From: Candidatus Kapaibacterium sp.
Lineage (GTDB): Bacteria; Bacteroidota; Ignavibacteria; Kapaibacteriales; Kapaibacteriaceae
Reading direction: 5' to 3'
Length of the DNA: 64,000 nt
Assembly: GCA_022842685.1 (NCBI GenBank)
Contig: JALHPC010000005.1
Coordinates: 20,548 to 84,547 of the forward strand
Part shown: positions 23,250-32,053 of the stretch, piece after piece
Position numbering within the stretch: position 1 is the stretch's first letter
Layout of the letters: each line of letters starts with the position of its first letter
The notes under the pieces: model-generated
Databases searched by the model: none
What the model saw: the letters and a program-made list of their open reading frames with translations, nothing else
Told to the model about the DNA's origin: nothing
Program-made: the position numbers and the translations under genes

Positions 23250-23284
23250 GACGCCCCTTACCGACAATGTCAGTAAGGGGCGTC
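23250..23284 (+). terminator. Hairpin terminator after ftsH
   Basis: 11-bp stem GACGCCCCTTA/TAAGGGGCGTC with 13-nt loop, followed by GCTGTATTGTTG. Confidence 0.5.
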
Positions 23285-23314
23285 GCTGTATTGTTGAAGT
23301 ACGACGTGGGGCGC

Positions 23315-23917
23315 TTACAGCGGGTCGACCTTGAACTTGAACGTGAGGGCAAACGTGCCGTTCATAGCAGGCGAGGTGACTGTTCCACCGCCAACGAGCG
23401 GGCCGTATTCGCTGCGGATGCAGAACTTAGGACGGCGCGAAATGAGTTTTGCGGCAGGGCTAATGGCAGCGTTATCGATGGCGATCTTATAGCCCTTGAG
23501 GTTTTCGGCCGACGTCACAAGGTCTTTAAGGGGAACATTGGTAGCCGTGCCAAGGAGATACTCTTTTGTGTCGCCGTATTCTGGGTCGAACGTCAGGACG
23601 TACCGTGCCGAGCTCAAGACGGCGTTATCGAGTGTGGTGCCGGGCGAGCTAAACTGCGGAGATGAAAGGTTGGCGATGCGCACCCATGCCTCTTGCACCT
23701 CGGCGCTCTTGATACGGCTCTTGTTGTCGTTAAAGTCCTTGTTGTCGCTCAAGTCGACGCAGTCATTACTTGTGCTTGGAGCAACATTCCCTGTCGACGA
23801 GAAGTTGATGTTTGATGTAATGGGAACATCGATGAGAGCGAGATTGGTAATCTCCTCGCACCCAAACAGGCCCACCAGCATGGCAAGCGAGAGGGCAATG
23901 GTAGAAAGGCGTTTCAT
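23315..23917 (-). CDS. Hypothetical lipoprotein
   Basis: MKRLSTIALSLAMLVGLFGC lipobox; no recognisable domain; immediately downstream of DprE2-like gene. Confidence 0.55.
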   Translation of the reverse strand: MKRLSTIALSLAMLVGLFGCEEITNLALIDVPITSNINFSSTGNVAPSTSNDCVDLSDNKDFNDNKSRIKSAEVQEAWVRIANLSSPQFSSPGTTLDNAVLSSARYVLTFDPEYGDTKEYLLGTATNVPLKDLVTSAENLKGYKIAIDNAAISPAAKLISRRPKFCIRSEYGPLVGGGTVTSPAMNGTFALTFKFKVDPL

Positions 23918-23990
23918 AGCGTGAACCTTGGTTGTGAATGTGTTGATGACAGATCCTAATCTAACACAATCAGGCACACATCTACAATGA

Positions 23991-24737
23991 CTAAAAACCG
24001 CTGCGACGAATCAGGCCTTCGGGCAGGTGTCGAACAACGAACATGATTGGACGCCAGAACCAAGGTACGTAGACAGAACTGCGTGAGCCGTCGAGAATTC
24101 GTTCGATGATTCTTGCTGCTGCTTCAACCGAGCTACTGATGGGCGCGATCTTGCGACCGGCTGTCATTGGTGTTCGAATCACGCCTGGCTTGATCGTAAC
24201 AACGTGGACGCCCGTTCCATGAAGGCGCATACGAAGGCCATCACAAAAGGCGGTAACCGCGGCTTTTGCGGCGCAGTAGGCAAAGAGTGTCTTGCGACCA
24301 CGGTCGCCCGCGACAGACGAGAGAACACCAATGGTCCCTCCACCGTTGGGCAACATGTGAACAGCAAGCGTGTGTACAACGCTAATCACTGACGTGGCAT
24401 TGAGGTGGAAGCCATGTACGACGGCTTCAGCATTGTGCATCAGTTCGTCGTGATCCTGCAGAACGCCTTGGGCTACAAGCGCCAATTCTATGCGGCCAAA
24501 ACGCCGAATCATATCGGCAATCATCACTTCGTGCTTCGTGCAGTCGGCAAGGTCAGCCACCACAACGTCAACGCTCAACGCGCCTCGTGCTTTCAGGTCG
24601 GCAGCAACTGCATCAAGCCGATCGGCCTGCCGACCTACGAGCACCATGGCCACACCGCGTTTGGCGTGGCAACGGGCGACATGTTCGGCAATCGAAGACG
24701 TAGCGGCAAAGTAAACGTAAGCACCAGATGTTGACAT
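23991..24737 (-). CDS. Short-chain dehydrogenase, DprE2-like (decaprenylphosphoryl-2-keto-ribose reductase homologue)
   Basis: SDR YxxxK (YCAAKAAV); C-terminal IKPGVIRTPMTA and ...FVVRHLPEGLIRR closely parallel M. tuberculosis DprE2 (IRPGQVRTRMSA ... MVLRHIPRSIFRK). Confidence 0.75.
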   Translation of the reverse strand: MSTSGAYVYFAATSSIAEHVARCHAKRGVAMVLVGRQADRLDAVAADLKARGALSVDVVVADLADCTKHEVMIADMIRRFGRIELALVAQGVLQDHDELMHNAEAVVHGFHLNATSVISVVHTLAVHMLPNGGGTIGVLSSVAGDRGRKTLFAYCAAKAAVTAFCDGLRMRLHGTGVHVVTIKPGVIRTPMTAGRKIAPISSSVEAAARIIERILDGSRSSVYVPWFWRPIMFVVRHLPEGLIRRSGF

Positions 24738-24884
24738 GCGGTCTGTAAATGGTTCGTATGAGCGTATTCGTGGCCGGAACACCGGGTAAACAACAAATAC
24801 AGCGTGGTGATGGTTTGGCCACAATTTACAGCAAACGCCAGTACATGCTGCGCATAGCTACGGCCTTGGGCTAGTCGCTACGCG

Positions 24885-25209
24885 CACTGCTCACCCCCCC
24901 GGCCCCCCTCTCAAGTTTGAGAGGGGGGTGCCGGTTTGTGTCTATCTTATCTATGCGAAGCATGTCGCTGGCCGCAGGCCGTAACTATGCGAAGCATGTC
25001 GCTGCGGCGAAGCCGCGTCGCTGTTGGCGAAGCCAACGTCGCTATGCCGAAGGCATGTACTATTGGCACTGCTCACCCCCCCGCCCCCTCTCGAGTTCGA
25101 GAGAGGGGGGTGCCGGTTCGTGTCTATCTTAGCTATGCGAAGCATGTCGCTGCGGCGAAGCCAACGTCACTGTTGGCGAAGCCAACGTCGCTATGCCGAA
25201 GGCATGTAC
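24885..25209. repeat. Tandem structured repeat (182-bp unit then a 143-bp unit lacking a 34-bp sub-repeat) rich in GCGAAGC mini-hairpins, each with a 12-bp GC palindrome
   Basis: Seen directly: CACTGCTCACCCCCCC...GGTGCCGGTT(T/C)GTGTCTATCTTA..CTATGCGAAGCATGTCGCTG...GCTATGCCGAAGGCATGTAC repeated twice; palindromes at 24903-24928 (perfect) and 25084-25110 (bulged). Confidence 0.85.
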
Positions 25210-25210
25210 C

Positions 25211-26524
25211 TTACGTCTCCGCCACCCTGCGCCACCACGACGACGACATCTTGGGGTCGATATGCTCACGGAACTGCTCCCACGCAGGGTACATCGCACG
25301 AAAGGTTGGACCCGATACCCGGCAGTCTTTTGCAACGTAAATGCGCCCCCCGGTTTCACGTACTAGTTCGTCGCATCGATCAAGAAGGGCGTACAGCGCT
25401 GCTCCCGTATTTGGAAAGTCGAGGGCCAAGGTGAGTCCAGGCATGGGGAACGATAGCAGTCCGCCAGAGTGGAGCCCACCAAAGGTCTTTAACACCGTTA
25501 AGAACGACGCCATGCGTTCCTTGCGAACCATTGTGAGTATGTCTTCGATGGGTTGACGTCCTGCAGCCGTTGGAATCACACACTGATACTGCACCATTCC
25601 CCGCCTGCCATATAGGCGGTTCCAGTTTTGTAGCATGTCCAAAGGATGAAAGAACGGCCGAAACGAAGCCTCGGCATGCCGTGCCGACCATCGATGTCGT
25701 GCATACCATAGCATGTTGAACATCGACACACTCCATCGCCCAACAAGGCCATTGGGTGCGTCGAAGGGAATGGGTAGGCCTGGCTTGGGCGTCGGCTCCG
25801 TGAGCGAATCGCTCGTCGTAGACCAGTTGCCGCTATGTACAACGCCTCGCCCTCGATGGTGTACCGTGTCAATCCACGCAACAGTGAATTCGTAGCCGGC
25901 GTCGTGCTCGCTTAGCACGTCTACTGCCGATCCAACGCGGTCGATTGGCGTGTTGGTGACAGACACCTTTGCCGAGGCTATGCGCACACATTGTACCTCG
26001 ACCCAAGCAATGATTCCAGTAAGCCCAAGCCCACCAATCGTTGCGCGGAAGAGCTCGCCAGATTCGTCCTGCGTAATAACGCCACGCCCTTCGCTGCGAA
26101 CGAGGCCAATGGCTCGCACATGACATCCAAACGTTCCATGCCGATGATGGTTCTTGCCATGAATGTCGTTGGCCACTGCCCCGCCAAGCGTCACAAACTG
26201 CGTCCCCGGCACAACGGGTATGAACCATCCATGTGGAACTATCAGACCATACAAATCACCTAACACAACGCCGGCGTCGGCTCGCAGAATGCCGGTCTCA
26301 TGATCAAACGAATGGACTCGGTCGAGGGCCGTCATGTCAACAAGTGTTCCGCCATTGTTGAGCGCCGAATCACCGTAACTACGCTGCAGGCCCACTGCCA
26401 GGAACGGTTGTTCCGCCGTAGAAACTCTATCAAGTTCGTCGGCCCATGCCGGTAGCCGTACCCCTGCAGGAGTTGAATCGGGAACCCTTCCCCACGTGTG
26501 ATACGTCCGCATCTCGCCACCCAT
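25211..26524 (-). CDS. FAD-linked oxidase, DprE1-like (decaprenylphosphoryl-ribose 2'-oxidase homologue)
   Basis: FAD_binding_4 N-terminus (GLQRSYGDSALNNGGTLVDM), C-terminus GGRIYVAKDCR...AMYP...DP parallels DprE1 GGRLYTAKDSR...AMYP...DP; start either ATG 26524 (TAATG overlap with upstream gene) or ATG 26512. Confidence 0.75.
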   Translation of the reverse strand: MGGEMRTYHTWGRVPDSTPAGVRLPAWADELDRVSTAEQPFLAVGLQRSYGDSALNNGGTLVDMTALDRVHSFDHETGILRADAGVVLGDLYGLIVPHGWFIPVVPGTQFVTLGGAVANDIHGKNHHRHGTFGCHVRAIGLVRSEGRGVITQDESGELFRATIGGLGLTGIIAWVEVQCVRIASAKVSVTNTPIDRVGSAVDVLSEHDAGYEFTVAWIDTVHHRGRGVVHSGNWSTTSDSLTEPTPKPGLPIPFDAPNGLVGRWSVSMFNMLWYARHRWSARHAEASFRPFFHPLDMLQNWNRLYGRRGMVQYQCVIPTAAGRQPIEDILTMVRKERMASFLTVLKTFGGLHSGGLLSFPMPGLTLALDFPNTGAALYALLDRCDELVRETGGRIYVAKDCRVSGPTFRAMYPAWEQFREHIDPKMSSSWWRRVAET

Positions 26525-27402
26525 TACGTTGCCAACGCAGCAACAATTCCTAGCAATAGTGCCACAACCCACCCACGTACGTCGCGCGCTACGTGAATGA
26601 TGGGATCGTCGTGCACAAGCCCCCGAAGGGCCTGCCGCCAAATGTCCACAATCCAGTACAACACAATTGGCACGCATAACCACAGCCACTGTGGCGTTCG
26701 ATACAAACGCTGGACGTCCTCGCCAGCTATGTACATCGTCAACACAAGCACCGACAACAATCCAATCGTAGGTCCAACAACCCTGATAAGCTCCACATCG
26801 GCACGCTGATAGCCACGCCGCATCACTCCATCTTCTTCAAGGGGCATCGAAAGCAACTCTGTGTAACGCTTCACGAACGCCAACGACGTTGAAACAAATA
26901 GCGTCATCATCAAGAGCCATGGCGATACAAGTATGTCGGTGGCTGCTCCGCCAGCCACAACGCGTATGGTATACAAACCGGCCAACACGAGAACGTCGAC
27001 CACGACAACCTTCTTGAGCACAAAACTATAGGTGGTAGTGGTTAACAGGTAGATAACCATCCATCCCACAAACTGCTCAGATACCGAGATCGCTAGGAAG
27101 GCCGCGGCAACAATGCACATTGCAGCCATGATGAGTGCAGTTCGAACACCTAGGCGACCAGATGCTATCGGACGATGACGCTTGCGATGATGTCGACGGT
27201 CGGCCTCAACGTCAACAATGTCGTTGATGATATAGACAGTCGACGCGCAAAGCGAAAACGCAAGAAAAGCAATGGAAATCTGTATCCACGCATCAACATC
27301 ATCGAGACGATGAGCAAGAACCATGGGTAGCACCAGTAGGATGTTCTTTACCCACTGATACAGGCGTAACTGCTTGGCAACGATAACAACGAAGGATGTC
27401 AT
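26524..27402 (-). CDS. UbiA-family prenyltransferase, decaprenyl-phosphate 5-phosphoribosyltransferase-like
   Basis: Polytopic membrane protein with NDIVDVEADRRH...RPIASG motif characteristic of the Rv3806c-type UbiA enzymes; ATGA overlap with upstream GH57 gene. Confidence 0.75.
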   Translation of the reverse strand: MTSFVVIVAKQLRLYQWVKNILLVLPMVLAHRLDDVDAWIQISIAFLAFSLCASTVYIINDIVDVEADRRHHRKRHRPIASGRLGVRTALIMAAMCIVAAAFLAISVSEQFVGWMVIYLLTTTTYSFVLKKVVVVDVLVLAGLYTIRVVAGGAATDILVSPWLLMMTLFVSTSLAFVKRYTELLSMPLEEDGVMRRGYQRADVELIRVVGPTIGLLSVLVLTMYIAGEDVQRLYRTPQWLWLCVPIVLYWIVDIWRQALRGLVHDDPIIHVARDVRGWVVALLLGIVAALAT

Positions 27403-29108
27403 ACTCTGGGGTTCACCGCGTGAATGCCTAGTACATCAAGAATTTCAGGGAACAATGCATCGCGCTGTTCAACACCAACAAGCACCGCTTCATCGGCATC
27501 CGTAAGTATGCCACCGCCAGCCAGCCGTTCGCATGCATCAGCAAGCGCCAGGGCGTCTTCGACGTGATTGTGGAAGCGCATACTTGCATACTCAGCGGCC
27601 GACCCGGTCGACACCAAGAAAGGCCAATCAGATGCTTGGGCAAGCACTACCTCTCGCATCATTGCTCCAAGTACACGGTGCTCATCAGCAGACCACTGCC
27701 GCTGCGAATGCTTCTCGAAGAGCATTCGCACTCGATGTTCCAACCGGTACTCACGCTCCCACATCCACTGTGTGGATGAGTGCATCCACACATCGTGGTT
27801 GCCATTGCGGCCCCACGATGACTCGGGCAACGCCACCACAGCAGTTGGTGGGTTCACGCTCATCGATGTTTCCAACGTCGACGCCTGTATTCCAGCTGCG
27901 GCAAGTCCTCGCAAGACGTGTTCTAGAAACACCGGACCCTCGAACCACCAATGTCCAAACAACTCAGTATCGAACGGCAAACACACCGTGGGCATACGCC
28001 CTGTTACACCACTGCGATGGTTGATAGTGGCCCCAAGAATCGACACAAAATGGGCTGCATGTTCTTGGGCCTTGCCTACAGCCCATTCGGGACGATAATA
28101 GTCTTTGTGGGCCATGTCGGCCTTCACATCTGTTACGCGCCAATAGCGCAGACTCGACTTGAAAAACTTCTTGTGAAAATCAAGGTAGTCGGGGTCGCCC
28201 GGATAGCCCGTTTGTCCACTCCACACTTGCAGGGCAATGCTCATCGATCGTGCAAACACACCCATCCCCTTTCTGTGCAAGGGGTCGCCGGCCCAAAACG
28301 CGTCAAGCGCCGAGCGCTCATCGAGCATCGATCGCGTTACGGCATCCGCTTCGTCGATCGCTAGGTATGTACCGTCGGGGCGTCGCATGGCAATGGGCGT
28401 CGACCCCGTTATCGATGCCTCGTCGACGACGGTATAGCGCATGCCGTAGTCGTTAAGAACGGTCTCAACGCCCAGCCGAGGTCGAGCCGTAGCGTACGGC
28501 GCTACGGGCAGCAGCGTCCGCCACGGATAGGCCGGACGATACGCACATTCTGGCATCCACATTCCCGAGGGTCGCCGGCCAAAGTGCCTGTGGTGAACGC
28601 GCTGCGCTAAGGCCACCTGTAGGCGCACACTGGCGTCTTCGGCCAGCAATGGCAGGTAACCATGGGTGGCCCCACAGGTAATAATCTCAATGGCACCGGC
28701 ATCGGCTAACTCGCGGAACGAGGCGATGATGTCGCTACCATGGTTGTTAGTAAACTCGTCAAGCTTTTGCAAGTACCAGCGTTCCCAATACTCGGCCAGC
28801 GCAAGCTGTTCTTGCGGTGCCCCTTCTTGGGATAAATGCTGGTGATCGGCGCGGGCTAACTGGGCATGCGACGTACAATAGTCGCTGAACAAGGCAGGAT
28901 ATGCTGGATGTGCAAGCTGTTCGGCAAGCACAGGCGACATCGTGAAGGTGATGCCGGGGGTAATGCCGTCGTGAACGAGACGACGGCACACGTCCAGCAG
29001 GGGCAGGTAGCACTCTGCGGTTGCCTCGCACACCCAATCGCTGCCATGCGGCCATGCTCCATGGTTCAAAACCCACGGCAGGTGTGTATGCAAGACGATG
29101 TTCACCAT
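27399..29108 (-). CDS. Glycoside hydrolase family 57 protein (1,4-alpha-glucan branching enzyme-like, DUF1957)
   Basis: N-terminal MVNIVLHTHLPWV GH57 signature right after the start, conserved GH57 core; start set at ATG 29108 by homology rather than ORF-track start 29165. Confidence 0.75.
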   Translation of the reverse strand: MVNIVLHTHLPWVLNHGAWPHGSDWVCEATAECYLPLLDVCRRLVHDGITPGITFTMSPVLAEQLAHPAYPALFSDYCTSHAQLARADHQHLSQEGAPQEQLALAEYWERWYLQKLDEFTNNHGSDIIASFRELADAGAIEIITCGATHGYLPLLAEDASVRLQVALAQRVHHRHFGRRPSGMWMPECAYRPAYPWRTLLPVAPYATARPRLGVETVLNDYGMRYTVVDEASITGSTPIAMRRPDGTYLAIDEADAVTRSMLDERSALDAFWAGDPLHRKGMGVFARSMSIALQVWSGQTGYPGDPDYLDFHKKFFKSSLRYWRVTDVKADMAHKDYYRPEWAVGKAQEHAAHFVSILGATINHRSGVTGRMPTVCLPFDTELFGHWWFEGPVFLEHVLRGLAAAGIQASTLETSMSVNPPTAVVALPESSWGRNGNHDVWMHSSTQWMWEREYRLEHRVRMLFEKHSQRQWSADEHRVLGAMMREVVLAQASDWPFLVSTGSAAEYASMRFHNHVEDALALADACERLAGGGILTDADEAVLVGVEQRDALFPEILDVLGIHAVNPRV

Positions 29109-29199
29109 GTGGGGGCCATCATAACGTAGCGCGAGAATGGAACGGCTCGAAACTACAAACGCCATGGCTCAGGAGGGCCATGGCGTTGTCGTAAAACAA

Positions 29200-29274
29200 G
29201 GGCGAGTGACGGGGCTCGAACCCGCGACAACCAGAGTCACAATCTGGGGCTCTACCTGCTGAGCTACACCCGCC
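29200..29274 (-). tRNA. tRNA-His (anticodon GTG) with encoded G-1
   Basis: Reverse complement GGCGGGTGTAGCTCAGCAGGTAGAGCCCCAGATTGTGACTCTGG...GGTTCGAGCCCCGTCACTCGCCC; anticodon loop TTGTGAC; G-1 pairs with C73. Confidence 0.85.
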
Positions 29275-29308
29275 GTACGTGCGCCGACGACGTCAGCGGA
29301 CCGCGAAT

Positions 29309-30547
29309 TTACGGTTTTTTCTTCTTCGACGGTGTGGTTGTTGCTGGCTTTTTTGACGGCGAAGACTTCTGCGCTGGTGATGTTCCTAATGTTGGTTGCT
29401 CGGGAGCCGTTGGTAGCACGTCGGGGATGAGTGAATACGGACTGGCTTTGTCGGCAATCGAAATTCTACTCAAACCAGGAATCTGCGCTAACTCGGCTAC
29501 GGGCAGCGAGCGGATAGCATTGCCTCCAAGTTCGAGAATCGATAGGTTCTGGCAACGCCCTATCGATGTGGGTACGCTACTGAGCTTGTTAAATCGAGCC
29601 GATAGCACGTCCAGCATAACAAGGTCGCCGATCGCTTCAGGTAGGGTTGTAAGCCGGTTGGAATCAACCTCCAGACGTTTCAATTGCATGCCGAACAGGG
29701 TATCGGGTAAAGCAGCGAGATTGTTGCCATTGACCCTGAGAGTTTCTAAGGTTCTTAGTCGGCGAAGACGCACAGGCAAGGTCGAAAGAGCATTGTTGGA
29801 TATGTTCAAAGCAAGAAGATTCCCACATTCGAGAACAGATTCCGGTATACTCGATAGTGCGTTGTTGCTTACGTCCAGACGTTGCAAAGCCTGTAGCTGC
29901 CCAATCTGTTTGGGCAACGACGTAAGCCGAGCATTCGATACTTGGAGATCGGACAATAGGACGCAATCGCCAATGGATGCCGGTAGCGTTCGGACCTTAG
30001 TTCCAGACAAATCCAGCACTCGTAGACTGGAGAGTCCAGCCAGCGCATCTGAAGCGAGACTATCGACAGGGTTGTTTCGCACATCGAGTGTTGTAAGTGA
30101 CTTCAGTGGTGCGAGCGCCGGAATAAATCGAATCGTATTTCCGCGAAGCACAAGAACTTCCAACCACGGCATCGAAAGGAGTACCTTTGGAATCTGCTCA
30201 AGTTGGTTATTCGTAAGCGTGATGGATCGCAATTGTCGAAGATTGCTCAGCTCCGAGGGAAGATCTCGTAGCTCGTTAAATGCCACCACAAGTGTCTGAA
30301 GATTCACGCATTGCAACACCTCGCGGGGTAGTTCGGTTAGCCGCTGTCGCGACAGATCAAGTGCCGTCACAGCTTCGGGATTACGGGTAACGTCATCCAC
30401 CGATCGCGTTATCAACCCGCTCGGAAAGCTCGGTCGGTGCTGCAACTGCGGCATTCCATTGTCCTGCTGGCCACGTACCTGCGCCGTTAACATCACAAAC
30501 CCGGCCGCTACGGCCACGTACATCATCAGAGTTGTTGTGCATTTCAT
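29309..30547 (-). CDS. Secreted leucine-rich repeat protein with lysine-rich C-terminal tail
   Basis: Signal peptide ([26 protein letters not shown]); at least 14 tandem 23-aa LxxLxLxxNxLxxLPxxI repeats; tail [16 protein letters not shown]; no T9SS sorting domain. Confidence 0.8.
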   Translation of the reverse strand: MKCTTTLMMYVAVAAGFVMLTAQVRGQQDNGMPQLQHRPSFPSGLITRSVDDVTRNPEAVTALDLSRQRLTELPREVLQCVNLQTLVVAFNELRDLPSELSNLRQLRSITLTNNQLEQIPKVLLSMPWLEVLVLRGNTIRFIPALAPLKSLTTLDVRNNPVDSLASDALAGLSSLRVLDLSGTKVRTLPASIGDCVLLSDLQVSNARLTSLPKQIGQLQALQRLDVSNNALSSIPESVLECGNLLALNISNNALSTLPVRLRRLRTLETLRVNGNNLAALPDTLFGMQLKRLEVDSNRLTTLPEAIGDLVMLDVLSARFNKLSSVPTSIGRCQNLSILELGGNAIRSLPVAELAQIPGLSRISIADKASPYSLIPDVLPTAPEQPTLGTSPAQKSSPSKKPATTTPSKKKKP

Positions 30548-30728
30548 GGTGGCAAAACTACGGCTCCTACCGCGAAAGGTCTGCGCATGTGCCTGTAATC
30601 GTACGCTGTTCGCCAACATTCCGTTTGGTGATACAGTGAATAACAGCGACATTTGTACTTCCCCGTGCGACGTAACGTCCTGTTACGTCCCTTTACACTT
30701 CCTCTCCCACTCTCTACTCTTCGTGCCC

Positions 30729-32036
30729 ATGGCATCACGCCCTGCTGAGCAGGCCGAGCGTTCAATGGACCTCGCCGTGCTGAAGAACAAAAAAATCGCT
30801 GAACTTATAACCATTGCTCAGGCCTTTGGCATCGACAGCGCTGCCGATATGCGAAAGCAGGACCTGATCTTCAAGATTCTCGAGGCCGACAGCCACCGTG
30901 TGGCCCAAGAGGTTCAAGAACAAGAGGGCTATACAACAGCACAAGGTGTCGTTGAAGTCCTTCCCGATGGTTATGGCTTCTTGCGGTCGTCAGACTACAA
31001 CTACCTGCCATCGCCCGACGACATCTACATTTCGCCATCGCAGGTTCGCAAGATGGCGCTGCGTACAGGCGACACCGTCAAGGGTCAAGTTCGGGCTCCA
31101 AAGGATGGCGAACGCTTCTTCGCCCTGGTTCGCATCGACCAACTTAACTACGTCCATCCCGAAGCACTTCGTACAAGACCGCACTTCGAAGACCTTACTC
31201 CCCTCTACCCTACCCAGCGCGTGCGATTGGAGTATGCTCCGAACGAGTTTGCCATGCGTGTTATCGACCTTATCTCGCCAATTGGTAAGGGGCAACGTGG
31301 ACTCATCGTTTCGCCGCCAAAGGCGGGCAAGACCATTCTCTTGCAAACGATGGCCAATGCGATCGCTCGCAATCACCCCGAGGTAAAGCTTATCGTGCTG
31401 CTCATCGACGAACGCCCAGAAGAAGTTACCGATATGCAGCGTAGCGTCAACGCCGAGGTTATTGCGTCGACCTTCGACGAGCCGCCCGAACGACACGTCC
31501 AAGTTTCGGACATCGTTCTTGAAAAAGCAAAGCGCCTCGTCGAAGCCAAGCAAGACGTCGTCATTCTTTTGGACTCGATCACTCGCCTTGCTCGTGCGCA
31601 CAATACGGTGATTCCACAGTCCGGCAAGCTGCTCTCAGGAGGTGTCGACGCAAATGCGCTTCATAAGCCCAAGCGTTTCTTCGGCGCAGCGCGTAACGTC
31701 GAAGAAGGCGGCTCGCTCACCATCATCGCCACGGCACTCGTCGAAACCAACTCGCGAATGGACGAAGTGATCTTCGAAGAGTTCAAGGGTACTGGCAACA
31801 TGGAGCTCGTACTCGAGCGCAAGCTTGCAGAACGCCGCATTTACCCAGCTATCGACGTCAACCGCTCGGGCACCCGGCGCGAAGAGTTGCTTATGTCGCC
31901 CGACGAGCTTAACAAGGTTTGGATCCTGCGTAAGGTGCTGGGCGACGATCCTCCAATCGAGGCAATGGAGACGTTGTTGGATCGCATGCGCTCTACCAAG
32001 ACGAACGAAGAGTTTCTCAAGACCTTCAACAGCTAG
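30729..32036 (+). CDS. rho: Transcription termination factor Rho
   Basis: N-terminal RNA-binding domain, Walker A GKT ([11 protein letters not shown]), full-length RecA-like ATPase domain; ATG at 30729 (MASRPAEQ). Confidence 0.93.
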   Translation: MASRPAEQAERSMDLAVLKNKKIAELITIAQAFGIDSAADMRKQDLIFKILEADSHRVAQEVQEQEGYTTAQGVVEVLPDGYGFLRSSDYNYLPSPDDIYISPSQVRKMALRTGDTVKGQVRAPKDGERFFALVRIDQLNYVHPEALRTRPHFEDLTPLYPTQRVRLEYAPNEFAMRVIDLISPIGKGQRGLIVSPPKAGKTILLQTMANAIARNHPEVKLIVLLIDERPEEVTDMQRSVNAEVIASTFDEPPERHVQVSDIVLEKAKRLVEAKQDVVILLDSITRLARAHNTVIPQSGKLLSGGVDANALHKPKRFFGAARNVEEGGSLTIIATALVETNSRMDEVIFEEFKGTGNMELVLERKLAERRIYPAIDVNRSGTRREELLMSPDELNKVWILRKVLGDDPPIEAMETLLDRMRSTKTNEEFLKTFNS

Positions 32037-32053
32037 TCCGCTAGCAACGCCTC

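Noticed and set aside
24885-25209. Considered whether the tandem repeats form a CRISPR array
   Set aside because: Units are 140-180 bp with internal sub-repeats rather than 25-40 bp repeats separated by unique spacers. No cas genes are present in the window, and the same motif recurs as a 51-bp tandem elsewhere.
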